Shown here: one piece after another, positions 24,574 through 38,538 of the stretch | Layout: every line of letters begins with the position of its first letter | Numbering within the stretch: the stretch's first letter is position 1 | Assembly (NCBI RefSeq): GCF_006345805.1 | Contig: NW_021831849.1 | Coordinates: forward strand, 186,001-250,000 | Length of the DNA: 64,000 nucleotides | Source of the DNA: Octopus sinensis | Lineage: Eukaryota | Direction: 5' to 3' | The notes under the pieces: model-generated | Seen by the model: only the letters and a program-made list of their open reading frames with translations | Databases searched by the model: none | Told to the model about the DNA's origin: nothing | Translations under genes and position numbers: made by a program

Positions 24574-26992
24574 AGCAAGAAGAACCTATTTCGTATCTTG
24601 CAGATCAACATCAATGGGGTTGCTCAGAAGACTGCTGAACTTTATTCCTTCTTGGAGAAGCACGACGTAGACATTGCTTTGGTGCAAGAAACGAAGCTCT
24701 CGACCAAAAATCGCTTGCCAGACCAGGCTCTGTAAATAGGGGTGGCCTACTAACTCTTATCAAAAAATCCATCCTGTTCACTAACTGTACCTCCCAAGCT
24801 TACTCGCTAATTGACAACAATCCAGTGATTGAAATGACAGCTATAACTGTTTCTACAGGGTCATCAACCAGGAGATATATACATACCTCCTCACTCGTTA
24901 TGTCCTCATGGATGGACCTCTTCTATTCAAAATTTCCAGTCCCTCAACAATGTCATTGATATGAACGCAAAGAGCCCGATATGGCTAAAAAATCAATCGC
25001 TTAACTCAAGAGGATCTCTACTATTCGACCAATTTGATGGGTTAGTTATCCTCAACAACCCCTCATCTTACACCAGAACACCGTCAAGGAAAGGCGACGC
25101 AATTTCTTCTCCTGACATCTCGCTGTGTACTCCAATTCTGGCCCCTGTTACTTTTTGGAAGGTCATTTACGACATAAATTTTAATCACAATCCGATTATT
25201 ATTGAGAATGCCCTAAAATCCAACATCGACATTCAACTGCGTTGTTATACAAATTACAAAGGAGCTTCCTGGGACGACTACCGTCTCGCTCTAGAAAAAT
25301 AATTGAATGATTTCGACATTATCAACTTTCGTTCGACTGACGCAGCAGTCAATTATCTCAATGTCATTTCCACCTCCAAAAAATTCATTCCTCAAGGAAT
25401 TATACAAAATTTCTCCCAAAGTTACAGCCACGTTTCGATCGATGTCTCAAAGGCGTCCCTCGGTGTGGACTCATCAACAAAATTTTAAAGACAGACCTAA
25501 ACTCAAACCTCAAATCCTTGCAAACTTCTTATCGGGTCGAATGAGATACGTCTCTCTTATGGACCACTGTTCAAAACAACGATATCTTCCAAATGGAGTA
25601 CCACAGGGTTCTGTGTTGTCTTCTTTCCTGTTCAACTTATAATTACATGACTTTCCGGTTAATGATCCAAACAACTTGACATTATCTTACGCAGATTACA
25701 TATCAGGCTCTCTCAACATCCAGCAACAATTATACTCCGTTGAGAATTGGTTCATTGAAAACAGACTTGAGGCTTTGCCCTCGAAATCATTACGCCCTTT
25801 ATTAAGTTATGCGAGTCCAAGCTGGGCGCCCTGCCTATCCACAAACTCGACAATGGCACTTCAATCAGTACAAAACAAGGCCATGCGCACAATATCTGGG
25901 TGTCTGAAATCAACCCCAATTGATAACCTCCACTGTGAAACAAACCTTTTGCCAATTTATGATCATCTAAATATGAGAGGAACGCAATTTTTATTTGCAT
26001 CTCGAATTCCCTATCATCCATGTTCTGCTCTAAATGTGCTAAACGGAAATTCTCGTTCAATGAAGAACACGCCGGCGAATCTATATTCCCGGATCCTTGC
26101 CAAAATGGACATTCGATCTCCCCCTTTTGTCCCATTTGCGAGCACACAACTGCCCATCTATTCCGCTGTTCTGGTCTTCTTTCGCTCCGTAAAAATTTGT
26201 CATTCACTCCCCGGAGGTCCAATAGGAGCAACCTGGGAGGGCGCTGTTGTTTCTGCAAGCTGCTGGTCTCATAACTTAATGTGAGATCGGGGTTATGGAA
26301 CAACAACAACTCTATGGTATTTTATCTACTAGGTATTTGTTGAATTTTGACACTGTATTAAAAATATCGATTATAGATTGATATTAAAAATGGAATACAC
26401 CAAGCTATACTGTATAGATGGGGACAAGGCTAATAACTTCTATAAATAAAGTTGAGTTTACTGGAGCATAAAATATCGTACTTGACAGTCAAGTACAGAA
26501 CAGCTTGACATCTAATTATTTTACTTTGATGAAAACAATTAAAAAATTGAATTTTATATATTGATCTAGATCACAGAGAACAATCACCCGATTCCCTTAT
26601 CAGTTAGATGTCGAACTACATTTAGATTTATTTAATCAACAACAAATATTAATAATATTTACCAAGTTCAGGTAGTACCCTGTAAAACTGAAATCACCCT
26701 ATGAGAATTAACGAGTGATAACCTGGGAACAAAATACTCTGAGCTTAAGCAAATCACACTCGACGTGAGTGAAAAATTTGAAATAAGCAACAGAAACCAC
26801 GTTTGTAATTAAGTGCCCATAATATCATTGTGTGCTAGAGCAGACTAATCATTTACTATCAGACAAGTGCGCCATTATAATAGTTTAATAGACTAGAATC
26901 GTAAATCATTAATGTCATTAGTCTGCGCAGATAGACGTCGAAACAATCGAATATTATAATTTTTCACTGTAATTTAGTGGAATTATCGTTGG

Positions 26993-28505
26993 ATGCTGTT
27001 TGTTTTTGTGTTCTGCTCATTTTTTGTTAAATCTGATGACCAATGTGAATCTGTGAGGATCCCAATTTGCAAATCAATCGGATTTAACTTGACTTATCTT
27101 CCAAACAGTTTTGGACAATCGACACAAGAGGAGATTATGGACAGAATTGCAACAATTTCTGATCTTTTGCAGTCAAATTGTTCTCCTTTTACAATTGAAT
27201 TTGTATGCTCTACATTTGCGCCAATTTGTAGCAAACAAGTATACTTTCTTAAAATATTTCTAGCACGGAAAGATCTTTATTCTCTATCCATGCCAGTCTT
27301 TGTGTCATAAAGTATATTCTGATTGTACTACAACTATTTCCCGTCTAAATTTTGACTGGGACAAATATTTTAGCTGTGAAAAGTTCAAAACACAAAACGA
27401 AGCACTTTGTATTCATAATGATCATCTAACTTCAACAAAAAAAATTTCCGAACCACCAAATCTAAGCAATTGCCCCAATACTACAATACAAGTCCAGACA
27501 GAGTGGGGATTGAAGTGTCTCAATCCATGTCCTGCATCTTTAAAAAATTATTATTTTGATATTTCTAGAAGAGTTTTGCTTGGATTCTCGTTTTGTTGTT
27601 TTATTCTTTGCCTTTTCTCTCTGATTGGACTCTACATTAAACAAAACCGACTTGAATATCCAGAAAAGCCGATGATATTCGTTATCTCCTCTTCAATGCT
27701 ATATTCTTTATTTTTTTCTATTATATTGTCCATGGCAAACAGATTCCTGTTCTGCAGATTAAACGAAAAAGGACTTTACTATGATTCCTTAAGCAGTACT
27801 CAGTGCATCGTAATTTATGGTGTTCAGCAGTTTTTTGCAGCTGCTTCCCACATGTGGATTCTGGTACTAGCAGTGTCTTGGTTCCTGTCATGTTCGCAGA
27901 AATGGGGACAGGAAAGCATAAGCAAATGGACAAATTTATTTCATTTTTCTGGTTGGTTTATTCCGGCTATTCACGCCGGGACTGGGGCTTCCACAAAAAT
28001 GTTGTCTACAAATTCTCTATCGGGGATGTGTCAAGTTGATGAAGGTACTCAAGTCGGATTTTTGTATGCTTGTCTTCCCTATTTTATGATTTCCTTTGCA
28101 ACTGTGCTCCTTCTATCTTTGGGAAATAGAGATTTAAAAAAAACTAAAAAGCAACTACTTGGAAGTGGTTTAAATATTAACAATTTGTCGAGAATTCTTG
28201 TGAAATTTACAATGTTTACCTTTTTTTATGCAACCATGTCTGCATTTGCGATTATTTTGAAAATAATTTACTTTTTCCCAAAAACTATTTTTGGAAGTGA
28301 TTCCGATCAGTTGGAAGAAAGGTCATTTTATTTTTTGATCCCTTGTATTGAGATTTTGATTAATTTTGTCATCGGAATTGTCTCCTCGCTTTGGCTATGC
28401 AGTCCTCTTTGTCTCGTAACTATATACTATAAAATCAGAATTTACATGGCTAAAAAATCTCGTCCGTCTTTATACTTTTACTCTAATTCTCACAGAAGCA
28501 TCTGA
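26993..28505 (+). CDS. FZD: Divergent Frizzled-family receptor (CRD + 7TM), one 25-nt intron
   Basis: Signal peptide; CRD CESVRIPICKSIGFNLTYLPN...FVCSTFAPIC...PCQSLCHKVYSDC; YPEKPMIF; WILVLAVSWFL...KWGQESI; FHFSGWFIP; SLSGMC. Confidence 0.88.
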
Positions 28506-29055
28506 ATTATATTTTAATAAAAATGTTTAATCATAATCTAAAATATTGTAGATTGAGTTTTTTTAGATTAGTAGTTGCCTCTAACATTGGCTTTTTAAAA
28601 CATAATTTTTTACATAAATGTTCAATAATTTTTTACATAAACACTTAATAGATGACAGAAAAAAAAGGAGTAAGTTTTATGGCAGCGGTCAAGACGCAGT
28701 GTACTTTGCCGCAAACGATGGCCAGGCCGATGCGCTGGCAAACCAGTAACACTCTCATACTTACTAGACATGTGAAATAATTGATATTCCTTTTACTTAT
28801 TGATATTGTCAATTAGAATTATCGAGTATTTAAAGCTATTTTACTATTCCCTCTCATGTAACGGAATTGAACAGTTTGCACGACATCCCAAACTAAACTA
28901 GATCATCAGTTGCTTTTTCCGAAATGCTAGATTCCACTCTCAACTGGAACCTAGGGGGGACGGCCGACGACCCGATGGGATGATGACTTTTCCTTTTACA
29001 GAAAAAAGTGTATAGTCTAAGACTTCATGTGCGTAAACTACTGTTCCGTCCAGAA

Positions 29056-29782
29056 CAGGCCTGGCCAACCCAAATCGCATCGCGGGCCACTTTGTCCAAA
29101 TGAATCCTTTCCGCGGGCCGCATATACATGTACATACTAAGGATAGATATCAAAACAACACAGATAAGATTTTATTTAGTAAAATAGCATTCAGTCCAAT
29201 TATACGTATCAATGAGAAATCTGTTTTTCTTTATCTTCACTTAATTTTTTCAAATCAACTTCACAATTACTAGTTGCACATCTTAATTGGTTTTCTAAGT
29301 TTTTATCTGTTAAAGAAGATCTATATCTACTTTTACTAAACTTTAATTTCGAAAAGAATGATTCACATACGTAAGTAGATCCAAAGGAGCTTACAACTCT
29401 TTGTGCAAAAATTCTTAAGTTGGGATATTTTTCTGCAGTCACATATTTGTTATAAAAGTCAATTTTGGATATAGTAGGATAAACAAGTCTTAGTTCACTG
29501 TTGCACTGTAGGTCAATTATTTCCGTCTGCAAAGTATTTGAAACAATAGAAACGTCAACATGAAATGGAGAAGAAAATGTTTCAAACATTTTCTCATATT
29601 TTTTTAGTTCCGAGAACAGCTACAAAAATAGATAAACTTTAAAATTTATTAAACTTATAAAATTTATCTTTATTTATTAAACTTAAGAAAAATTTATCTT
29701 GAATGTATTTATAGGTTAACTACATACAAAATTTCTCTCGCGGGCCGCATGCGGCCCGCGGGCCTTGGGTTGGCCAGCCCTG
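29056..29782 (-). mobile_element. Internally deleted non-autonomous hAT transposon (Buster/SPIN/Charlie type)
   Basis: 16-bp TIRs caggcctggccaaccc / gggttggccagccctg (15/16); perfect 8-bp TSD gtccagaa (29048-55, 29783-90); subterminal gcgggccgcatgcggcccgc palindrome; transposase C-terminus YPNL...FGSTYVCESFFS...KQISH* (29209-29589). Confidence 0.95.
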
Positions 29783-30027
29783 GTCCAGAACATAAAATAT
29801 TGATCGAACATTTTGGAGTTCAATCTAAACGGGCCAAAGGAACGAAACGAGAGAATCATGTTGATTAGAAAATGGCAAACTGTTTGTCTCCCTGGCTGTC
29901 GAATCGTCAGGAAAACGTGTCCTTTTACTCAGGACATGCTTTGGCGGATTGGCTCATTTATTGAAGAGAGTTACCGATGGCGTAGTTTTTAAATCAGCTC
30001 ACATTTCAAAAATTATTACAGACCTAT

Positions 30028-30482
30028 TAAATTTTCCTTATTAAACCAATAATAAATTAATAGTTAATCAGAAACTAAGCAGATCTCACTCCAGCTCGCT
30101 GATATCCACTCTCCTTCTCTTGGAAGAAGAGTCTACTTCCAGCTGCCTCTTACTCCCCACTACCACATCTGATTCAACCATTGCATCTTCTTTAGCATTC
30201 ATTGGGTCGTCTTCATTTTTGCATGCCATCTCCACATACCGGTTGGAAGCAGAAGCGTATTCTTCACCAGATACCTTCATTCCGTGCTTGTGTTCGATCA
30301 TCATACTCTCGAGCGTTCCTTTCAGTACAACGGATTGGATGTATGTCCTCGTTCCTGCTTCAATAGATAGTTTCTTCATATAATTTTTGAAGCATTTCGA
30401 GACAACTCCATCCCATGTCATAACCACAGGAATTATTTTTACTTGACAGCTATGCAGAAGCGAAAGCTCACTTGCCAATAAG
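30028..30482 (-). mobile_element. 5'-truncated RLE-type non-LTR retrotransposon, copy 3
   Basis: ORF starts mid-domain (LLASELSLLHSCQVKIIPVVMTWDG...YIQSVVLKGTLESMMIEHKHG). Perfect 12-bp TSD ttacagacctat at 30016-30027 and 30483-30494. Confidence 0.88.
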
Positions 30483-31299
30483 TTACAGACCTATAAAAGT
30501 TAAATTAAATTATTAGAAGCATTAGTTCTACAAATTAGTTTTTTTCCCCTTAGAAAGATCAAGAAACCGAGATTGGATACTTTTGAAATTAAATCCTATG
30601 CAAAAAACATGTTGCGATTTCGCAGTAAATGAATCCTTTCTCCTGTTGAAGGAGAGTTATTACTCACCATACTAGAGTCGGCAACATTTTCACAAATTTT
30701 ATTAGAAACTGATGGATAATAGGCTATCTAGTTTAACTTATTCAGTTTTTTGTGGCTAGATTTAATAACAATTAAAGTGAATTTTTATCGAAATACATTC
30801 TAAAATTCAAAAGACGGATTTTGATGACCGATACCTACCCGCTGAAAGTGTGGCCAAACAATGTGCCTATACAATTCTTGCATCGATTTTTTTACAATTT
30901 TGGATTTATAACGAATTTTAGCCAGTTTTGTGAAAATTATTAAAACTTTCCTGTTTAGTAGTACATTTCTAAGTCAGTTAGTTAAATAAATCGTATCAAA
31001 AGGTTGTGATATATTCATTTCGAGCACCTCTAAGTACTCATTGTAGTTTTTGCATAATCAATTTTTTCATCTGTGCATCTAAATCATGTCACCAGTTAAA
31101 ATTTCAATTTGGAATAAGCTTTGTTTTGATAAAAGGAAATTATCTTACTAATACCCAATGAAAAATCATTTTCAATAATTACAGGAAGATCTAGTACTTA
31201 ATTACTTCAGCTGAATTTTTGCCGTCTATATGTTTTGCAATGCAGTAAAGTTTATCAAATCCGCCAAATTCTTGAAACGTCCAGAGTGGAATCCAGTAC

Positions 31300-32000
31300 A
31301 CGATTAAAAAACAAACCAAAAATTTCCATTTTAAAGTTCGAGAAATAAGAGAGGAAATGTGTTAAATAGCTTAAGATCTTACATTTCTCGTAAAGAATAT
31401 TTGAAGTTTAGTGAAATCGATAATGATACGATTTCTTGGATTAATTCAGTGGATGCTAAAGGAGCCATTTTGAACGATGAAATCATTACCGAGAAAGTCA
31501 AAATATTTCTATTACAAAAAAAATTAAATACAAAAAATTAAACTTAAAAGATGCAATATTATTCACGCATTATGAAAGGGACAAGATTTATAGTTCCTTA
31601 ATATTCAAATGCTTCAAGCATGCAAAATGGATTCAAAACATTGAAAGTATAAATTATGAAAACGCTGTCATTGAAAATTTTGAATATATTTTAGAAAAAA
31701 TAAACATAAGTAATCCTTTAGAAGAAAGACTTTACATCGAAATTGACTACAATGAAAATAAAGAATTTGATTTGAATGATTCCGAGACAATAGAACAAGA
31801 AATTGATAGTGAAAAAACCCATAGAGGAAAGTCAGAAAGGTGTAACTTTTAACGAGGCTTTTCAAGATTTAAATAAATTAAAAGAATTCTATAATCAAGA
31901 AGAATTCTTTGATGTCGAAAATCTTCAAAAGCTTGGATCTTCAATGATCCGAACTTCAAAAAAACAAATCAAAAATAACTGATTTTGTTGTTATAAATAA
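31300..32000 (+). mobile_element. Highly degenerate pogo/Tigger transposase fragment
   Basis: CENP-B-like HTH remnant YLKFSEIDNDTISWINSVDAKGAILNDEIITEKVK and Tigger-like C-terminal KKQIKITDF. Many stops, no TIRs found. Confidence 0.45.
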
Positions 32001-32912
32001 TTTTTTGCTTTAAATTATTAATGGGTGAAAAATCTCTCGAATTCACTAAATTCTCAAATCCCCCAGATTTCGCCGATCCCTGACATAGGCAGTTTTGAAG
32101 ACTTTGTTATATTTCCAATTTGTGGCCGTATTTTTGTGTCATTAGAAATTTTTGGAAACTTACTAGACAATATATTTTTTTGGTTTGCTGATGTCTTTGC
32201 TGTAAAAGCTGCTCTTTTATCGATATCTAACTTTCTCCCAGGCAGTTTTTTTTACATATTTCTTTGGTTTTAATTCATGGTCTAGAAATTTTGCGTAATT
32301 TATTCCCTAGTACAAACATAATAGACAGCTGGTTTTGCTAAAGTACTTTAATAATTGTAACAAACAGTTGATACATTTGTCTATCATTTTTGTATTTTAC
32401 TTGTCTAATATGATCAAATTTTTTTCATTGATAGTGAATTTTTCAGAATGAAGCAAACGACATATATTTGAGCCTATTTTAGAGTTTCTTTAATTTTATC
32501 TGGTTTGATATTATCTCTGATTTTAATTTTCCTGTTTTAGTATTCCAGCCCATAACGATTTCATAAAAATAATCCAATCTGTGTATTATAGACACTTATG
32601 AAGTTTGAGTAAAATTTATCAAGTTCTTTTGTGTTCGTGGATGCCTGGAGTGTAACGACTGTAATCAGTGTGGTTGGTTTGTTTATTTTATTACTAAGGC
32701 AACCACAAAGTTGACAAAAAATCAAAAATAGAAGCTTTTTTGATAGGAATGTCAGTGGACTCAATTTCACAAAGGACATTAACAAGTGGAGAACATTGAT
32801 TCCATATTTCTTTTAAATAATCAACAAGTCCTTCATTTTTATTGATTCCTTTCGTTTCCGAATCAATCTGAGTTCCAGGCAGTACTTGGTTGCTCGGAGG
32901 CAGTTTCTCCAT
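32000..32912 (-). CDS. Possible hypothetical spliced gene
   Basis: Overlapping minus-strand ORFs (32694-32912, 32561-32785) and downstream open stretches. I could not resolve the exon structure cleanly. Confidence 0.3.
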
Positions 32913-34388
32913 CTAGTAACAATAGATTCTGAAAGTAGTCATTAAATAGTTGACTTACACTTGTTTTTGAAAAACGTTTATTTATGAAGACAATTTAGAA
33001 TGTAGTTTTACCCTTAAAGCGAAATTGCAAATCAACAGTGCAATACATAATACGTGGAACAGGTTAGGATACAACTTTTTAGAACTTATTACCATTACTA
33101 TAATTCTTTATTAAATAGTCCAACATCGTGATATATTAATTTATATTTTTTATAAATTGTAAATTCAAGTCCTTAGTTACGGAATTTTGATTTATGCAAT
33201 GTTTTTAAATTTATTATATGCACTCTTCTACAAGAGAGATTGAATTCCATTAATATCTTTCTTTTTTATTTTAATGGACTTGTACCAACGTTTTATTATA
33301 CTTATTAAGTACTTAGCAACAAATAGTTCCCCAACAACCACAATTCTTTGATTTGTTTCATAATTTTCAATGCAATAAATAAAGTCTTAGTTATTTAATC
33401 TTATAATTGAATTACATTGGGTCACTTCCACTTGGAAAAATCAAGAAACGCATTTTATAGAGTTCTGAAATAAATTAATGCCATATGTCGTAAAATTTTG
33501 TATATTTCCGCAAGAAAAGATACAAATTTGTGAATTTTCATAATTTAAATATTCTTGCGGCTACGAAAACAATTTTAATAGGAAATTCTTGTTCAAAAAT
33601 TCTTTCGCGTTGTAATATTTTTTCAGTTTATGAAAAAGTCGTCATAGACCACATTTTTAATTTTTTTTCTTTAAATTAGTTATTTTCATTCATATAAATG
33701 CATTAGAAATCATTTTTGAAATATTTTAAAATGGGAAAAATGCAAATTCAATGTATTTGACAGATTCGATTTAACATCATCTCATTCATGGTGATTAATT
33801 TTGATTTGAGTCGATAATAATTGATTCTTTTATTGTTTAATACTTGAAAAATGGCATGCCTAGACAAATGTATTTTAATTAATTTGTCATTTGCTGCTTT
33901 ATTTTAAGAATTTGAGTAATAAAACAAACAGTTTTGCTTAGCTCTTGTAAAAAAGAAACGAACTAGCTATATTAAATTAAAGAAAATAAACAATTATGAC
34001 ATTAAATGGATAATAAATCAGCAATTAAACCTGACCGAGTGACTGAAATTACTAAAGATGGAAATTTAATAAATAGAAATAACCACCAAATTGTTACCAT
34101 GGAATAATCAATCTCAATGTAAAACATTCATATGGAAACTGTTTGCTACGACGACCAACATTTCGTTGACAACGCCAATTTTGAGCTCAAAAACGTGGAA
34201 ATAAAAAGAATTTTGTATAAAAACAGAGAAAAATATTCATGAAAGTTTAATAAAATCTGTAAAAATATTCGCTAAAACCATTAAACTGATTTATTAATTA
34301 TTGAAAAAATGCGTAGTCATGGGGCTATTGGCTAGGCAACGCGATTTTATGAGTGTTTAAATTGCAGTTCTAACGTGAAAGTAGAAAA

Positions 34389-35843
<1,455 letters not shown>

Positions 35844-36772
35844 TTCAAACTTAATTAAACTAATCTTTACTGGTTTCTGGTTTCATCAATAATATTTGTT
35901 CAATTTCTCTATGGTTACTTAGCAGATTTTGGTTTTGGAAAATCAATTTTTTCCATAGTTTTAATTAGTTTCTGTACCTAAATCTAAAAAATTGGATAAA
36001 AAATCATGAATTTTAGATCATTCTCAGTCGCACTTTTTAAATTAGATAATCGGTCCCTTTTAAGGTAGGGAACTGAATGATATTAACTATTGCATATAAA
36101 GCTGTTCTTCAATTTTCTTCTGTTGGTGATTCAAATTAATGTAATCCCGTAACCAATGGTGATTAGAGTTGTTGAGCGTTAATTATTTTGAAAATCGTTT
36201 GTAGGATATACACCATCAATATAGATTTGTAGTCATCCGTCGTTTAGAAAGCCTAGAACTTCACAAAAGTTGTTTGATTCTCCAGTTCAATTCGCTAATG
36301 AATTACCCATAAAATTGAAACCGTTCGTAATTTCCATTTTATTGAGAACATTTTGATTTAGAAAATAGACGTACCATCTTATAGCTTATTTTTCAGACAA
36401 TATTTTTTAATTGACGTCAATTTTGTTGCAAAATTAAAGACGGCGTGGAAATGTGACTCAATCATAATTGGTAATTCTACAACCTCAACATGTATTTTTT
36501 GGCGTTTAGATCTTCAATAATAATAAAAGGTGAATGTAATCATTTTTGTGTCCACGTATATTCCCACGTATTCGTTAGTAATTACAGATTATACAAAATC
36601 GGTTTTTTAAAGCTTTTTTTGACTTTTATTGTCTACAGAAGTGCAATGATTGTAAATTATTCACTTTTCGGTCAAAAAATACGGTCTTGACTAAGGACAG
36701 CATTTCCTCATGGACTACCTCTTAAAGGTCTCAATAAGAATTAATTTGGATTATTTATTCAAAATTAGTTAT

Positions 36773-37525
36773 TTAGCTTTGTTGAGGCATTGAACTCACG
36801 TAAAATAAGGGATTCCTTTGTAGATCAACCAAATACTTGGGTTTAGGCAAAGTGTACGTCATGTATGCCCCCGGACCCGGAGTGGTCTATAAGAAATTGA
36901 CTATCTAATCATTACCTGTTTAGATTTTTTGAAACGAGCAGTTTTTGACAAAAAGGGGGATCGGATTATGTTGGAATGATTCAACTCCACTGTCTTATAC
37001 TGTCCTGGGTCAGGATTATCTTTCTAAAACACATGTTTATTAACATTGACCAACCAAATTATAAAGTTCGGGGTCAATCCTCGGTAGTTTTGACACAAAA
37101 GCAGCACTGCTATGAATAATTCAACATCAAAGCCAAACCTTTTATCCCTTTTCTCACATTTGATAGAATAATATTCTCCAGCGTTGTAGGAGTTGGCGGC
37201 CACGTGAGATATTTCTCTTCCATATTCCATACTACGGGGAGCTCGAGAAAGGGAGTAGTTCTTAGTAGAAAATACATTGCTTTAATAAACGCGGAAAATG
37301 TACAGTTTTGGATTGTATGTGGCAGGTGGAGGAGCACAAGAATTAACTTTGACGGGAAATGTTCTTGGAGTAGATTTTGATCCATAAGTATTAGGTTTGC
37401 GAAATAAAATATCAAGAAATGATTCAATTTCATATGTCCCGGGAGGTATTTTTTGCTAAAATTTTAATAAAACCACTCACAAGATGATCTTTGGTAAATC
37501 CGTAAGGATTTCTATTTTGCGACAT
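36773..37525 (-). CDS. Ciliary/sperm-tail PG-rich (SHIPPO/STPG) repeat protein, LEXM/CIMAP-like
   Basis: Repeats IPPGTY, PPPATY, AANSY, PDPGQY, TPGPGAY. QKIPPGTYEIESFLDILFRKP resembles LEXM [21 protein letters not shown] (from memory). Introns of 25-29 nt. Confidence 0.7.
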
Positions 37526-37817
37526 TTAGTTTGAATGAATTTATTAACTTTATATAAAATATTATTTGACGAATATTACAATTTATGACGTTCAATCGGG
37601 GTCAAATCTTTTGTTAACACACTTTAATAACAATTAAAGAATTATAAGTTCATTAAAATGTTTTTAAAAGTAAAATTCACCATAATTAATTATCAACTTT
37701 CAAGTTGACTTTTCTTATTCAAATGTTGACATTTATTCATAAAATACAATTTTTTTGCCAATAAAAAATTTAGCAACCAAAGAATAAAAATAATAATTTA
37801 GAAAAGAGCAAGTCAAA

Positions 37818-38303
37818 TTAAACAGAGCCATGTCTAAGGGAGAGATGTGACTGCATATCTCTGAGGGACAAGTAAGACATGCAGCAATGAGACGAGACAG
37901 TGCAGACATAGAGAGATCGGAAAGGATAAACTTTATATTCTAACGACTTTCGACATCTAAAGTGGAATATAAAATATACTTAGGACACGACCGTCGGGAA
38001 TTGACAGCCTTATTAGCACAGGAAAGACAAAATGTGTGTCGACATGACTATAAATAGAAATGACAGGACGAACAAATCTGGCCATAAATAAAAGGGGTAG
38101 CTGACAGAGGATACACGTTATCATAGCATTGCCAGCCTTGGCTACGTTTTTTACTTCATAATTCCAATCCAAGTCGTTGATCTGTTTTGAAATGAATTCC
38201 ATTTTAGATTGAGAAACTCGGGCAGAATCATTGTCTGTGATCTTAATATAATTGAGGTACCTTGGAATTTTATGCTAATCCTACTAGAGCTAGGATCGTC
38301 CAT
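37818..38303 (-). CDS. CBLL1: Hakai E3 ligase, minimal RING/HYB-domain form (m6A writer accessory subunit)
   Basis: Spliced: WNYEVK...CILCQLPLLFMARF-SCRHTFCLSCA...CPKC...SLYVCTVSSHCCMSYLSLRDMQSHLSLRH*. Parallels Hakai CDKCGLP...PCKHVFCYDCA...CPGC...SLFMC...YLSQRDLQAHINHRH. Confidence 0.82.
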
Positions 38304-38538
38304 TAAAATCTATTGTTCATATATAAAATAAATAACAATAAAATTAAATATATATTTATTTTTTGTTGCTTAAATAAATAAAAAATACTTCAATAACCAA
38401 TGTGTACTAAAACATTTTTTAATTAAATTAAAAAACTAAGAGACTAAAAAATTAGTTTTTTATTAAAAATATAAATAAATTATATTAAATATACTAAATA
38501 TTATTTATTTAATAACGTGTTGCCTCTTGTGGTAATTA
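38304..38538. promoter_or_regulatory. Putative AT-rich bidirectional promoter (CBLL1 / DDX49)
   Basis: 235-bp, extremely AT-rich spacer between divergent start codons. Confidence 0.5.

Larger units (their letters stand above)
24368..26310 (+). mobile_element. Internally deleted ingi/Vingi-like APE-type LINE with both termini preserved
   Basis: 5' HDV-like ribozyme; 2A motif; APE start ILQININGV...IALVQETKL; RT remnants VSIDVSKA and LPNGVPQGSVLSSFLFNL; YASPSW...QNKAMRTISGCLKSTP; C-terminal CPICEHTTAHLFRC; no RNase H seen; (AAC)4 tail at 26299-26310. Short flanking duplication actct (24363-24367 / 26309-26313). Confidence 0.88.

Noticed and set aside
28900-29990. Reading frame reconstructed across the empty hAT site
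   Set aside because: Contains several stops and no identifiable motif; cannot be called a gene or an element.
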